Assembly: GCA_963758525.1 (NCBI GenBank)
Contig: CAVWVQ010000003.1
Span: forward strand, 2,048,001-2,112,000
DNA: 64,000 bases
Reading direction: 5' to 3'
Source: an uncultured Phycisphaerales bacterium
Lineage (GTDB): Bacteria; Planctomycetota; Phycisphaerae; Tepidisphaerales; Tepidisphaeraceae
The position numbers and the translations under genes were made by a program. This document shows, in pieces, positions 1-12,377 of this stretch; within the stretch, counting starts at the first letter, position 1; the number at the start of each line of letters is the position of its first letter. The notes under the pieces are model-generated. The model saw nothing but the letters and a program-made list of their open reading frames with translations, had not been told where the DNA came from and ran no database searches.

Positions 1-30
1 GCAAATAGCACTCGCAAATCAGGAGCCGCC

Positions 31-897
31 GTGTCGCACGCTCGCCAGTCATTCGGCAAATCCCATCACGAGTTTCGAGCGGGTTTTACTTTAACCGAGC
101 TTCTCGTTGTGATCGGAATCATTGCGGTGCTGATTGCACTGCTGCTGCCCGCGCTGGGCAAGGCATGTCGATCCGCAAGGACAGTGAAATGTGCATCGAA
201 CATGCGCCAGATCGGGATCCTCCTTCAGATGTATTGCGATGGAAACAGAGGATCGTATCCAGCGGCCTATGGCATTTGGAGCTGGGACGATCTCCTTTCC
301 ACTTACGACGGGCGCAATTCATCCGCCATTTCTTCCAAGCGAAGCAGCAGTGTGAAGTACAACGGCGTCACCTGGACCGGATGGGATCTGTGGCCGGTGG
401 GGTACTTTGGAGGAATCGTCCAGATCTATCAGTGCCCCGAGGACAGCGCAGACTACAAGACCGCATATCCGACTGCCGAATGGAAAACCTACAGCATCAA
501 CGGCACGCGCGGATTGGCCGGCAGCCAGCCGGTCCTCAAGGGGCTCTGCACCTACGCGGCGACTTCAATTCAGACGCTCTCGGCCAAACAGGCTTGGATT
601 GGCGTCACCAGCGAGACCATGGCAGTGGGAGAAGTACCTAATGACCGCAATTACATGGGGGACTACGGCTGGTGGAGCGAGCTGAATTCCACCGCCTCCC
701 TTGCCGGTGGCTGGAGCGGATTCGTAGGTCCTGTCATGGGTTTGCACGGACCTTATATGAACAACTTCCTCTTCTGTGACGGGCACGTTGAGCTGTTGGA
801 CATCCGCCGCACCTTTAACGGAAGCACGCTGACCAATTGGAGCACGCTGAGCGGCCCGAGCCTTCGCGGAATGTGGACCTATCAGAGCGGCGATTGA
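31..897 (+). CDS. Prepilin-type N-terminal cleavage/methylation protein with H-X9-DG C-terminal motif (DUF1559-type)
   Basis: [26 protein letters not shown]-terminus, [13 protein letters not shown], and C-terminal [16 protein letters not shown]. Confidence 0.9.
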   Translation: MSHARQSFGKSHHEFRAGFTLTELLVVIGIIAVLIALLLPALGKACRSARTVKCASNMRQIGILLQMYCDGNRGSYPAAYGIWSWDDLLSTYDGRNSSAISSKRSSSVKYNGVTWTGWDLWPVGYFGGIVQIYQCPEDSADYKTAYPTAEWKTYSINGTRGLAGSQPVLKGLCTYAATSIQTLSAKQAWIGVTSETMAVGEVPNDRNYMGDYGWWSELNSTASLAGGWSGFVGPVMGLHGPYMNNFLFCDGHVELLDIRRTFNGSTLTNWSTLSGPSLRGMWTYQSGD

Positions 898-956
898 TCC
901 ACTGCGTTTAATCGTGTTGTTCCGCTGAGCCCCTTGTCATGCAGGAGACGCTGAAC

Positions 957-3574
957 ATGTCCAGAACGTGCGCGTGGTTTATGGTCTTTGCGTCGCTTGC
1001 GATGCTAACCGGTGCGGCGCCGCAGACCGATGCGCCCGCCCCGCCGAACCCCTGCGCCCAGCGGGAGGCGCCGGCGGCGTTACAAATGGCCAGGTCTACA
1101 CCATCCCGGCTAGCGAGCAGGCTGCTGGCCCGGCGCCGGTTAAAATCGACGGACCTGTCATCGAAGGCGCAAAACCGTTGAACGCGTCGATCGCGGTCGA
1201 TCCGTCCAAAATCATCAGCCACATCTCTCCGATGATCTACGGCGCATGCTTCGAAGACCTGAATCACGAAGTCTACGGCGGCCTTTATGCGCAGATGATC
1301 TTCGGCGAAAGCTTCGAAGAGAGTCCCGAAACCGGCCTGCCCGATGGTTGGTCGGTCTGGCCCGATCTGAACCGTCGGCCGATGTTCACCGGAATGTGGA
1401 CTATGCAGGATGGCGCCCTGTGGATGACGGCATACCGCGATTACAGCCTGGTCCGTGACGGACTCACCTTCGACGATGGAGTGGTCAGCTGCGATCTTCT
1501 GCAGGACAAGTACGACCCGGATCGATTTGTCGGAATCAGCGCGCGCGTGAATCCGAAAAACCATCGCCAGGGGTATCATCTGCGCTTTTCGGCCGGGACG
1601 AAGGAGCTTTCCTTATGGCGGAATGACAAGCGCCTCGCCGGTGCGGCTGTTTCTTGCGGACTCAATCAATGGCTGAGCGTAAAGCTGCAAATCGAAGGCG
1701 GCGATCTGACCGTTGCAATTGCGGGGAATGACCAACCTCTTCTTAAGGCATCGGATCCCTCCCCCCTGCCGCCCGGGAGCATCAGTTGCGACGCCGAAGC
1801 GTCACGAGGGATGTTCAAGAACCTCGCGGTGACCAGCGGCAAAACGAATTGGACGGCGGACTTCACCACCGACCATCCGCACGGCACAGTCAGTTGCTGG
1901 TGGGACGCGATCCTCAGCGGCGATGGCGAGTTCAAGTGGGACGCGGATCGCCCGTTCAACACCGAACGCTCGCAGAAGATCACGCTCAAATCAGCAACGG
2001 GCAGGGCAGGCGTCGCCAACCGCGGGCTGGGGCGATGGGGACTGTCGCTCACCCACGGCAAAACATACACCAGTCGACTTTATCTCCGCGGCCGCGCCGA
2101 AGGTGCCGTAACCGTCGCACTGCAAAGCGTCGACGGATCAGCAACTTACGCCACCCAGTCCCTCTCGGGCGTCGGTGACGAGTGGAAGCGATTCGACTTC
2201 TCTCTCACCGCGAGTCAAACCGACCGCAACGCGCGCTTCGCGGTCTGGATCGATCGGCCGGGGAGCATCTGGTTGGATCAAGTGGTGCTCATGCCCACCG
2301 GCGACGAACTGTTCAAAGGGCTGCCCGTCCGCGGGGACCTGGGACGGATGCTGGTGGATTCACACGTCAAGGCCATTCGCTTTGGCGGGGACAACTCCGG
2401 CGCGCTCGGTTTCCCGTGGAAGAATCAGATCGGCGATCCCGACAAGCGGCCGCAATACAATTGTCCTTGGTATCCCTTCGACTCGCGCGGCTGGGGCCTC
2501 GTCGAGTTTGTCGCTTTTTGCAAGGCGGCGGGCATCGAAGCGATCCCCTGCATGAGCCACCGCGAGACCGCGCAGGATGCCGCCGACTTTGTCGAATTTT
2601 GCAACGGCGCTCCCGACAGCAAGTGGGGGAAGGTGCGCGTGCAAATGGGATACGAGCAGCCGCTCAATCTTCACTGGCTGCAATACGGGAACGGATTCAC
2701 CGGGCCGGAGAAAACCGCCGCGTTGGCTGACGCGGTACACAAAGTCGATCCGAGCTTCAACATCCTCGCGGGCAGCATCGGTCACATGCCGTCAGTGCTC
2801 CCCAAGCCGCAGGTGCTGAAGCAATGGGGGCAGTTGCTCGACGGGAAGATTGTCGGCTATGCCATGTTCCCGTATGTCGGAGGTTGGGGCGACGGGAAGC
2901 AATGGGAACAGATGATCGTGCAGAACCGCGCCTCCTCCGGCAGCATCAAAGTCTACTGCCAGGAAGTGAACGGCGGCATTCACAACCTGCTGCGCGGATT
3001 GGCCGACGCGCAGTTCAACAGCATCTGCGAGCAACATGCCGATGATCTGGCCGCCGTCACCTACTGCGGCCTGGTGGAAGCCGACGCGTTTCCCGACAAC
3101 GGCTGGGAGCAGGGCCGGATTTTCTTCAACAGCCACCAATGCTGGCTCCAGCCCGCCGGGTGGGTGGGTAAAATGGCGGCCGGCGCATATCTGCCCCTGG
3201 GCGTCGCCTGCGATACGACAGTTCCCGCCATTACAGGCGAAGCTTACGGTCAGCCGCGGGCGCATATTCAGGGCGTTCCGCTCCTGAGCGTCACCGCATG
3301 TCGCGACCCAGCCACTTCGAAACTGGCGTTGAAGGTGGTGAATATTGCGAACGTTCCAATTGCAGCCGACATTGCGCTTGGGGGGATTTCCGCGATTCCT
3401 GAGATGGTGAACGTTGCAGTTCTCTCCGGCAACAATCTCAAGACTTTCAACACCGCCGAGGACCCCCAAAGGCTGCACCCCATCGATCAACAGATTAAGA
3501 TTGCGCCGCGGTTTACTTATACGTTTCCCGCGTATTCTTACACAGTATTCGGCCCTTTCCCGGTGTCGAAATGA
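957..3574 (+). CDS. Secreted GH51-like alpha-L-arabinofuranosidase with lectin/CBM-like insert; probable frameshift near 1050
   Basis: ISPMIYGACFEDLNHEVYGGLYAQMIFGESFE, GNG catalytic region and C-terminal LALKVVN...YTFPAYSYTV. A signal-peptide-like start (MSRTCAWFMVFASLAMLTGA, ATG 957) lies in a different frame from the 968..3574 ORF. Confidence 0.75.
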
Positions 3575-3581
3575 GGCAGTC

Positions 3582-5264
3582 ATGAAGGGTCAGGTGCGCG
3601 GGTTTCGTGTGATTGAGCTGGTACTCCTGTTTGCACTCTCAACATGCATCCGCGCCGCGTTGTGTGGGCTGCCAGAGGCAGCCGTTTCCTCCCCGCAGCG
3701 GCCCAATTCCCCGCAGCACCGCGGTATCAGCGTCCGCGACGCCGGTGCCGCGGGTGACGGAAAGACAAACGACACTCGCGTCATTCAAGCGACAATCGAT
3801 GCGATTTCCAAAGAAGGCGGTGGAATCGTCAGTTTCCCGCCCGGCGCATACCTGCTTGGAACAATCGAGCTGCGAAGTCGCGTCACGCTTCAGGTGGACG
3901 CCGGCGCGACGCTTCTGGGCTCGACGACATTGCAGGATTATCCAGAGGAGCCTCCGCCCATCCCCAACGCCACCATCGATTTTGAGTACCCGCGCCACGC
4001 CCTGATCCATGCCGACGCGGCCCAGGACGTGTCCATCATCGGCGACGGAGTGATCGACGGACAGGGAGGCTGCCCGGAATTCACCCAATGGCACAAATTC
4101 AGCGGACCCCAGAAGGCGGAAATGCTCCGCCACCGCCCCGATATCCTCGCCTTCATCCATTGCAAAAATGTGAGAGTTCGAAACGTCACCCTCCGCAACA
4201 GCGGCTACTGGGTGGAAGACTACCTCGATTGCGATGGACTTTTCATTAGCGGACTCACCGTCGTCAGCCGTTCTAACGGCAACAACGACGGCATTGACAT
4301 CGACGGCTCGCGCAATGTGCGCATCAGCGACTGCAACATCGATTCGGCCGACGACGCGCTGTGCCTCAAGGCGAGTTGCACCGATTGCGAAAATGTGACC
4401 ATCGACAACTGCATCGTGAAAAGCAACTGCAACGGAATCAAGCTGGGGACCGCCTCCGCGGGGGCTTTCAAAAACATCTGCATCGGCAATTGTGTCGTCC
4501 GCGACACGAAGCTGGCGGGTGTGGCGCTGGAAGTTGTCGACGGCGGCGCGCTGGACGGAGTTGTTGTTCACGGCATCTCGATGAGCGATGTCGCCACGCC
4601 CATTTTCCTGAAGCTCGGCAATCGAGGCGCCCGGCGAGTCGAGTCATCCAAGCCGTCGGAGATTGGTTCCTTTCGCAATGTCAGCATCAGCGACATCATC
4701 GCCACCACGCGCCTCCCCGACGAGCACGCGGAGTTCGGACTCATGCCTCTCGCTCCATCCATCAGCGGTTTGCCGGACCACCCGATCGAGAACGTGATCG
4801 TCTCGAATCTTCGCGTCACCTACCGCTCGGGGTGCCCCCGGGAAAAGCTCGTCGACGTCTCCAAAGTGCCGGAGAACCCCAGGGGATACCCGGAGATCGG
4901 GCAGTTTGGTCCGCTGCCGGCGTACGGACTGTTCTGCCGGCACGTGACCGGCCTGACCCTCCGCGACATCAATGTGAGCTGCGAACAGAAGGATGTGCGC
5001 CCCGCTCTCGTCTGCGATGATGTGAATGACTTGAGCGTGGATGGCCTGCGGGCGCAAAGCGAGGGCGAAATGCCAGTCATTGTTCTCAATGCGACCGACG
5101 GCGCCCTGATCGCTCGCTCCTCCTGCCCGGTCAAGGCGAAGACTTTCCTCAGCGCCCAGGGCGCGAGTCGACGGATCAATCTCTATGACGTCGACCTTGG
5201 CAAAGCCGCCATTGTTCCCGCGGATTCCGCCAATGTCTTCACGCAGCACAGTCCCGGAAATTAG
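3582..5264 (+). CDS. GH28 polygalacturonase-like glycoside hydrolase
   Basis: GAAGDGKTNDT, NNDGIDID, DDALCLK and GIKLGT motifs; start taken at MKGQ just after the upstream stop. Confidence 0.85.
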   Translation: MKGQVRGFRVIELVLLFALSTCIRAALCGLPEAAVSSPQRPNSPQHRGISVRDAGAAGDGKTNDTRVIQATIDAISKEGGGIVSFPPGAYLLGTIELRSRVTLQVDAGATLLGSTTLQDYPEEPPPIPNATIDFEYPRHALIHADAAQDVSIIGDGVIDGQGGCPEFTQWHKFSGPQKAEMLRHRPDILAFIHCKNVRVRNVTLRNSGYWVEDYLDCDGLFISGLTVVSRSNGNNDGIDIDGSRNVRISDCNIDSADDALCLKASCTDCENVTIDNCIVKSNCNGIKLGTASAGAFKNICIGNCVVRDTKLAGVALEVVDGGALDGVVVHGISMSDVATPIFLKLGNRGARRVESSKPSEIGSFRNVSISDIIATTRLPDEHAEFGLMPLAPSISGLPDHPIENVIVSNLRVTYRSGCPREKLVDVSKVPENPRGYPEIGQFGPLPAYGLFCRHVTGLTLRDINVSCEQKDVRPALVCDDVNDLSVDGLRAQSEGEMPVIVLNATDGALIARSSCPVKAKTFLSAQGASRRINLYDVDLGKAAIVPADSANVFTQHSPGN

Positions 5265-5386
5265 CAGTCAACGCCGATTTCCGCAGCCAATCACGTATGC
5301 AATCAGGAAAACTTCATCGAGCAGATGAAAAATGAAGTGCAGGCGCTGCCCAATCCGCTGAAAGTGAATCAATGAATCTGTTCCGG

Positions 5387-8098
5387 CTACTGAAGCGGGC
5401 AAACCACGATATTTTTGCGTCGCGACTCGGGAATAACGTGTTCGATTGTTACGTTGCCGCCGGAAATTCTGCCTTGAACGATCGTGTTTTGCGGACCGCG
5501 GAATTTGAAGTTGCAATCCCAATCTTTGGGCCACGCGGGACAAAGATAAATTGTGTCGCCTTTCCAGTTCCATAGCATGTATTGAAGGGTCGACTGCATG
5601 ATGCCGCCAAATTCGGGACAGGGTGCATAGTCGGGATTGGCGTACCAGAAATAGGGGAAACGGAAGTTTTTGTCCTTGCCCCCGGCGCGTGTGACGACGC
5701 CCTGCTTCACGCGCCTGGCGAGGCCAAGAATGGCGGCGCAGTAATCGCCATAGAACCATGCGTGCATGCTGGGACGATCCCCCAGGGCGAGCGTGTTCAC
5801 CGCCAACTCGTAATCCGCCGGGGCCGTGCCCGATTGCGGGAACATGAACGCCCGGAACGGCCAGATCGCGTAGAGGGTCGCGCGGTCGGCGCCTTGAGTT
5901 TTCTGTTCCTCTTGATCCCAGCCGGCCTCATGAGGCAGCAATCCGGGCTTTCCGTTTCGCCGCGTGCCGATGGGATATGACGGCGCCTCATCGAGTACTT
6001 TTTGCCAAAGCTCGATCATTTCAGCCGTCACGCCGCTTTTGCCCTTGAGCGCCAGCAGCCGGGGCAATTGTGTGCGAAGGAGAGCAACGCCCGACACCGG
6101 ATTGGCAGGCACCAGCCCGTCGGCCGGATAGCGCACGTACACTTCCGACTGGTCACAGGGCCAGAGAATAAGTTTTCCGGCGGTATCGCGCGGAAACCAT
6201 TGATCGATGAACTTGAATTTTTTCTGGGAATACGGAAGTAACGCCCGCTGCAAAAAATCATTGTCCTGCGTCAGCTCGTAGTAATCCAGCATGTACGGAA
6301 GGTATTCATCGCAGATGTCGATCGTCCATCGCCGGGCGCCCGTGTCTTGTCCAATGCCTTCCGGCACGATTCGCTTGAGGTACTGGCCGCCTCGCTTGAT
6401 GAATTGAGTTTTGCCCAGCCCTTCCCATGCCGAAATGCCCGCCAGACTGATGCAATCAGCCTTGCCGGTGAACGTCTTCACCTGCTTTTCCCAATCCTCG
6501 GATGCAATGGCCGGCCATTCGTACCAGGGACGAGCAATGTCGTAATCGCCGCCCATGAGCATTGGCCAATAGACGTGCCTCGTGTTTTGCGAGCGATCTG
6601 ACACGCCCCACAGGCGGTAATCGGGGGTCGTTTTCGCACACAACTCCGGGTTGAATTTTGCCGCATCCGGGTCCTGCGGATTCACGCCGGTCCAGTTTTG
6701 TCGGAGAACAGTCGCTTTCTGTTCGGGGGTTTTTGCTCTGTTGACCGGTTTGCCGAGTTCGACGTCGAGAAAATCGACATTGAACGTGCCCCCGTTGAAG
6801 GGGATGCGCCACAGTTCGGTCAAAGCGCCGGCCTGAGCGGCATTGAGAAAACGGTTATGCAGGTATCCGGCGGTGACCTGCTCGCATTTTTCTCCGCGCG
6901 TCACAACAATTTGGGAGCGATCCCAGAAGTCGCGCCACCATCTCAGGTGCTCGTGCCAGGCGTCATCGTAGTTGACCTTATCCTGCTGATCGGCCATTGA
7001 CTTGATCAGCGGAAGCCAATGTTCCGGCGTCGCCTGGTTCTGCTTTGAGTAGCGGAGAACATTGATATCGAGCCGCGCCCGCTTGGCCGGCCCTGATCGC
7101 AGCGTCAAGTCATCAACATGCTTGAATGGCTCGCCCCGCATCAGGGCGCCGAAGGTGACGGTCGTGTACTTCGGCAATAATTCCGCGCCGGGAAGTCCCC
7201 CCTCCACGACGCCTTGTTCGTGACGGTTGCGGTAGCCAACGCTCGTTCGTGGGTCGTGATAACACCAGATCACCTGATCGCCCTGATTGGGGAAAACGAT
7301 GTCGGCGATGTGAGTCTTCGGCACGTCGCTGGTGCGCCACGAGTCATCCTTCGCAATGATGCCGACGTCCTGTTGACCTGACCATTCCGCGTGAATCACG
7401 GATCGGTTTTTATCCACCCAGATTTTCAACTCGCCATGGGGCGATCGCAGGTAAATCGCCGCTTCGCCGAGGACCAGTTGTTGCCGAAAGCCATGATTGA
7501 CAGCCGCCTGCTTGAAGACCGGCGGATCGAAGGAAAGCCGGACGCGTCCAATTTTCCGCAGGCTGAAAAAGCCTGAAGAACCGGTCAACTTGCCGTTCTC
7601 GGCGTATGCGTCGAGTTTGCCGATGAGAAGGCCCACGTCGCCGTCGGGATAGGTCCAGACGTTCAAAGACACGTCGCCGTTGCCCAGGGGCATCGAATCC
7701 CGTGCGTTGACGCCGAGGGTGTCGAAACTGACGTTATAGCGATTCACGTCTTTCGAGAGATCCACCGGAGTCGTGGGGTCGTTCACTGAAATATCGATGC
7801 CCGCGGAGGTTTGATCGTCCCCGCCTTCGGAGGTCACACGAAGGTGATGCGGCCCCCTCGACGGGGTGGTCCACGTCAGCCGATAATTTGGCGCGAATGC
7901 TTCCCCGATGCGTATTGCTCCGTCGAAAATCTGCACGGCGGGAACGTTGTTCGTGCTGGCCGCTTGAAGAGTGATACAGGTGCCGGCTTCGAAGGGCGCA
8001 TTCGGTGATGGGCTGATCATGGTGACGCTGCCAGCCAAACGCGCGTTTGTTTGCGAAACCAGAATCGGAATGAAGATCGCCAGGATTGCCGTACGCAT
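5387..8098 (-). CDS. Secreted GH95-like/DUF5703-type glycoside hydrolase with N-terminal Ig-like domain
   Basis: DSMPLGNGDVSLNVW, HLRWWRDFWDRS, QNTRHVYWPML, LYAIWPF and LCPAWPKDWDCNFK; signal peptide MRTAILAIFIPILVS. Confidence 0.75.
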   Translation of the reverse strand: MRTAILAIFIPILVSQTNARLAGSVTMISPSPNAPFEAGTCITLQAASTNNVPAVQIFDGAIRIGEAFAPNYRLTWTTPSRGPHHLRVTSEGGDDQTSAGIDISVNDPTTPVDLSKDVNRYNVSFDTLGVNARDSMPLGNGDVSLNVWTYPDGDVGLLIGKLDAYAENGKLTGSSGFFSLRKIGRVRLSFDPPVFKQAAVNHGFRQQLVLGEAAIYLRSPHGELKIWVDKNRSVIHAEWSGQQDVGIIAKDDSWRTSDVPKTHIADIVFPNQGDQVIWCYHDPRTSVGYRNRHEQGVVEGGLPGAELLPKYTTVTFGALMRGEPFKHVDDLTLRSGPAKRARLDINVLRYSKQNQATPEHWLPLIKSMADQQDKVNYDDAWHEHLRWWRDFWDRSQIVVTRGEKCEQVTAGYLHNRFLNAAQAGALTELWRIPFNGGTFNVDFLDVELGKPVNRAKTPEQKATVLRQNWTGVNPQDPDAAKFNPELCAKTTPDYRLWGVSDRSQNTRHVYWPMLMGGDYDIARPWYEWPAIASEDWEKQVKTFTGKADCISLAGISAWEGLGKTQFIKRGGQYLKRIVPEGIGQDTGARRWTIDICDEYLPYMLDYYELTQDNDFLQRALLPYSQKKFKFIDQWFPRDTAGKLILWPCDQSEVYVRYPADGLVPANPVSGVALLRTQLPRLLALKGKSGVTAEMIELWQKVLDEAPSYPIGTRRNGKPGLLPHEAGWDQEEQKTQGADRATLYAIWPFRAFMFPQSGTAPADYELAVNTLALGDRPSMHAWFYGDYCAAILGLARRVKQGVVTRAGGKDKNFRFPYFWYANPDYAPCPEFGGIMQSTLQYMLWNWKGDTIYLCPAWPKDWDCNFKFRGPQNTIVQGRISGGNVTIEHVIPESRRKNIVVCPLQ

Positions 8099-8750
8099 GT
8101 TCGTTTTTCCTGGCAACAGGGTGGTTGAGCGCCTCATGGCTGCCATGACTGCATTGCTTTGCGAATGCTGATGGAGCGAAGGAAATTGCCAGCGCAATCT
8201 TGACTTCCGCATCATCCTACCGCGTCCTCCTCCAACAACGCTTTCATGTTTCACGACTCCCGACATCCGACAATCCGACAGTCCCGCCCTTGCCTTCCAT
8301 CTTTCGCGTCCGGTAATGTTGGCAGCGACACGCAATTCGTCAACTCGGCCCCGTCCCCCGGAAATACCGGGGGAGGGGAAAAGAGCATTCCAGCCGAAAG
8401 TGTCACAGACCCCCCACCTGCTGAGTATCGCAAATCAACATGCCTGAAAAATGGAAGCATTCATGCGGTTCGTCGCTCATACTAACAACCAGCTTGCAAT
8501 GCCTGCTGATACGCCAAGCATCGGAGATAGAACCCGGCGAACCAAATCGCCAGACGCAAGCATGGAAGGTGACCGGCAACTATCGCTTTCCAGCCTAGTC
8601 AAAACGTGAAAGCTATCGAGCCGGTTAGTTGGCATGATCCAACAGTGACGGCCAGCGCCGCGGCACCGGGGATCCTTGCAAAGCGAGTCTGAGGAGCACC
8701 GGAAGCGGTCGGAGAGCGAGAGGCGGGACAGTTTGCGGGAATTGCGCGAT

Positions 8751-8808
8751 TATCGCAATTCGATTTTGTTGATACGCGGAAGCAAATTCAATTTTTGCCC
8801 CGCATAAT
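8751..8808 (+). promoter_or_regulatory. Conserved promoter-like motif copy 1 (TATCGCAATTC-N19-AGCA...CATAAT)
   Basis: Same motif and spacing at 8751, 11241, 13352 and 14750, each upstream of a + strand gene. Confidence 0.6.
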
Positions 8809-8877
8809 GCTTGAAGGTTCATGCTCCCGCATGAAGGCGGAGCAGGCGGAAGCTTACAAGGCTCACGGAGACGAGAA

Positions 8878-11091
8878 ATGATCGAGACCCAGGACGAAAT
8901 TGGCGGAATTTCGGATATGAAGCTGTATTCGGCACCGGCTCAGGGCAGCGGGGCTCGGATCGGGGGCGAGGCGGACGCGAAGCGCAACCGGTTGGCAGCC
9001 CGGCTTAGCGCGGCCGTAGCGACAATCGCGTTGCTCCATGCGGCGCAGGCGCAGGCGACCACCTATTACTGGGACACCAACGGCTCCGCCACCGGCTTCG
9101 GAACGGCCTCGGGTACTTGGGCAGCACCAACCACTGGCAGCTCCACCCAAGGCTGGAGCACAAGTTCAACCGGATCCCTGACGCCCGGCACTGTCACGAC
9201 CGCGACCACCGATAGTCTGAACTTCGGCAGTACGACCAACACGCTTGGGGCAGGCACTATCACCGTCGCCAATGGAACCACCGTGAGCTCAGGAAACATC
9301 ACCTTTGGATCGGGATCAGGCGCCATCGTCGTGGGCGCCTCGGGCACCACCGGCATTATTGATGTAGCCGATAACCCAACGGTCACAACGATCACGGTGA
9401 ACAACGCTTCGGATACGATCAACGCCGGATTCAATGGGTCGACCGGCACCAGCACCACCGGCCAGCCGGATTTGAGTGTTGCCGGCACCGGCAATCTTAC
9501 CCTCGCGCAGGTTTATGGGGGCGCTGGGACCTCGCTTACGCAAACTGGCAGCGGAACAACGACTCTCAGCGGCAACGGGGATAATAGAGACCTCGCCCTT
9601 ACGGTCAGCAACGGCACAGTCATTCTGGCGAAAAGCAGCAGTACCACCGTCCATGCCTTTGGTGCGAATTCATCCATCGCCAGCGGCGCCACTTTGCAAT
9701 TGGGCTCCACGACTAATTACGAGATTTACGGCAACACCAATTTAACCGTCAACAGCGGCGGCGTCTTCGATCTCCACGGGGACAATCAAGACTATAACGC
9801 GCTTGCCGGACATCTGTATCTAAACGGCACCGGCGTCAGCAGCAACGGCGCGTTGATCAATAGTGCGGGCTCCACCACTTCGACGATCACCTTTGGAACG
9901 GGGGGCCTGGTCCTGCAATTGAATAGCTCCATCGGCGGCGCGGGGAATATTGCTATCTCTGGCGTAGTGAGCGGCAACTATGCCCTGACGAAGGTCGGCG
10001 CGGGTACTCTCACCCTCAACTCCGCCGATACATATTCGGGGGACACCGTCATCAGCAACGGGAACATCGCCTTGGGCATCGCGACGGCCCTTCAGGACAG
10101 CGCGTACGACACGACTGGTTCCACCGGCGCGATTGGTCTCAACGTGACCGGTTTCACCACGCCAACTCTCGGCGGCCTTAAAGGTTCAGTGGCTCTGGCG
10201 ACCGCAATCACCGGCTATGGCTCGGTGACCAATCTCAACCTGAATCCCCAATCAGGTGCAACCCCAAGCTATTCGGGCAACATTGCAAATGGGGCGGCTG
10301 GGATGACCGTGACCATCGCCGCCGGGTCGTCGGGAACCCAAAGCTTCTCGGGCGTGAACAGTTATTCAGGCGGAACAACGATCAATGGCGGCACGCTGCT
10401 GGCCAACAGCACCGATACCACCAGCGGTTCAACGGGTGCCGGGCTGGTCACCGTTGCCAGCGGCGGCACGCTGGGCGGTGGCGTCGGAACCACCGCCGGG
10501 ATCGTGAAGGGCAACATCACCGTGAACAACGGCGGAATTCTCACCGCAGGAGCCGGCGTCGCCTCCGCAACAGTCGCCGCGGCACCGGGGATCCTCAATG
10601 AGTCCTCTGGCACGACTACGCTCTCCACTGGTTCGAACTTCGACGTGAAGGTGGACAACGTCTCGGGAAGCGCCGTTGCGGGGACAAACTGGGATGAGAT
10701 CCAAATGAATCTGCTCTCTGTCAGCAGCGGCGTAAACATCAAGCTCTACGGCCTCACGTCCATCAACAAGATCGGGGCGACGCCAAACTTCAGTCAAACG
10801 AGCCCGTTCACGCTGAAGATTGCGACGATCGCCACGGTCAACCAGTCCACCCTAAATGGCGAGCTCGCCGACTTTACCCTGGACACGAGCAATTTCACCA
10901 GCGGCAATACTACCGCCTACGCGCAAGGATTCAGCCTGATCACAGTGTCCGATTTCAGCGGCAGCGGCTCCGATCTGGAGATACAATACAGCGGCACCCC
11001 CGAGCCGGGCACGGCGATGCTGGTCATTTCCGGCATAACGCCACTGGTGCTCGGCCGCCGCCGGCGGCGGAAAGTTGCGCAAGTGAGTTGA
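8878..11091 (+). CDS. PEP-CTERM surface protein with autotransporter-associated beta-strand repeats (start uncertain: 8821/8878/8917)
   Basis: G/T/S/N-rich; LTKVGAGTLTLNSADTYSGDTVI and NSYSGGTTINGGTL repeats; C-terminal TPEPGT + hydrophobic helix + RRRRRK. Confidence 0.9.
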   Translation: MIETQDEIGGISDMKLYSAPAQGSGARIGGEADAKRNRLAARLSAAVATIALLHAAQAQATTYYWDTNGSATGFGTASGTWAAPTTGSSTQGWSTSSTGSLTPGTVTTATTDSLNFGSTTNTLGAGTITVANGTTVSSGNITFGSGSGAIVVGASGTTGIIDVADNPTVTTITVNNASDTINAGFNGSTGTSTTGQPDLSVAGTGNLTLAQVYGGAGTSLTQTGSGTTTLSGNGDNRDLALTVSNGTVILAKSSSTTVHAFGANSSIASGATLQLGSTTNYEIYGNTNLTVNSGGVFDLHGDNQDYNALAGHLYLNGTGVSSNGALINSAGSTTSTITFGTGGLVLQLNSSIGGAGNIAISGVVSGNYALTKVGAGTLTLNSADTYSGDTVISNGNIALGIATALQDSAYDTTGSTGAIGLNVTGFTTPTLGGLKGSVALATAITGYGSVTNLNLNPQSGATPSYSGNIANGAAGMTVTIAAGSSGTQSFSGVNSYSGGTTINGGTLLANSTDTTSGSTGAGLVTVASGGTLGGGVGTTAGIVKGNITVNNGGILTAGAGVASATVAAAPGILNESSGTTTLSTGSNFDVKVDNVSGSAVAGTNWDEIQMNLLSVSSGVNIKLYGLTSINKIGATPNFSQTSPFTLKIATIATVNQSTLNGELADFTLDTSNFTSGNTTAYAQGFSLITVSDFSGSGSDLEIQYSGTPEPGTAMLVISGITPLVLGRRRRRKVAQVS

Positions 11092-11240
11092 ACTTGATTC
11101 TCTCTTCATGAAGCCTTCCATGGACGTTGCGGGAAGCTTACAATTGTGAAAGACGGCCCAGCCCCGGTCGCGCCCACGGACCCCGAGGCGAGGCGGTAGC
11201 CCAGCCATGAACGCCGCGCCTTCCGCAAGAGCCCCGCTTT

Positions 11241-11299
11241 TATCGCAATTCGACCTTGCCGAAACGTGGTAGCAATCAGCGCCGCATGCGGCGGATAAT
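11241..11299 (+). promoter_or_regulatory. Conserved promoter-like motif copy 2
   Basis: tatcgcaattc 11241, agcaa 11271, gataat 11294; near-identical over ~60 bp to copy 3. Confidence 0.65.
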
Positions 11300-11390
11300 T
11301 ATGAGTTTGGTGATTGCCTGGCGGAAACGACCGATCTGGGTCAGGGCGGATTCACCCCCGCAGAGTTTGGAACACAGTTGTGAGGTCTTC

Positions 11391-12354
11391 ATGCGCGACG
11401 CAAGTCTACCAAATTCGAAAATTTCCCGCCGCGGTTTTTCCCTGGTCGAACTGCTGGTTGTCATCGGAATCATCGCCCTGCTGATCGCGATGCTGCTCCC
11501 CGCATTGGCCAGCTCGAGGCGTTCGGCGCAGCTCATCAAGTGCGCCGCCAATCTGCGCACCATCGGACAGGCGATGAACCAGTGCGCCAACGAACATCGA
11601 GGGTATCTCCCATTGGCCGGGACCATCTACATCAAAGGTGGCCTGGCGCCCGCAACGCCAAGCAACATCGGCGACGGTTCGCGGCAGCGCTACACGTATT
11701 TCGACTATGATGGCGGTGGCAACTATATGCCCACGTCCCCCACCGCGGCGCTGGCGCCGTACCTTGGCGCTGCGACTGTCCGCGGGGACAACTACACCGA
11801 CGCCAACGCCGACATCCAGGCGCCCGGCCCCCTGCAGGATGCTTTTCTCTGTCCGTCTGACGAACCGACCATCAACCGCACTTATGGAGCGGGCGCCCTG
11901 ATCATAGACCGGTTTAACAATGACGCGCTGAACGGATGGTCCAGTTATGGATTCAACGCCGAAGCGCTCGGTTGGTGCGACAATGGAGTCGCATTGCTCA
12001 GCGGACACTCCCGCGCGAGGCAATGTCGCGGCGATACCTCATGCCTCCGACACCATGCTCCTCTGCGACGCACACGTTAATTCATCCGGCAGGTACGAGA
12101 TCTGGTGCCATGCCAGGGGCATGTCGCTGGGAGACGTCTACGCCGGCACCGGTGGAACAATCGGAACCAGTCCCTTCGATCTGCTGCGCCACCGCGGAGC
12201 GATGAACATCCTCTACGTTGACGGGCACGTCGATCAGCAGCCAATCCTCAGCACCGGCGGGATGACCCCGGTGGGGACCGCGAGCCTGACCAATCCAACC
12301 AACTGCCCCAGCGGCGGTTTGATGAAAGTGTCCATGGACGTCGATTTCCGATGA
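11391..12354 (+). CDS. Prepilin/H-X9-DG (DUF1559-type) protein, split by frameshift near 12020
   Basis: [25 protein letters not shown] in ORF 11256..12080; RHRGAMNILYVDGHVD in overlapping ORF 11947..12354. Confidence 0.85.
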
Positions 12355-12377
12355 CACCGGTTTATTGCGGATTCAAC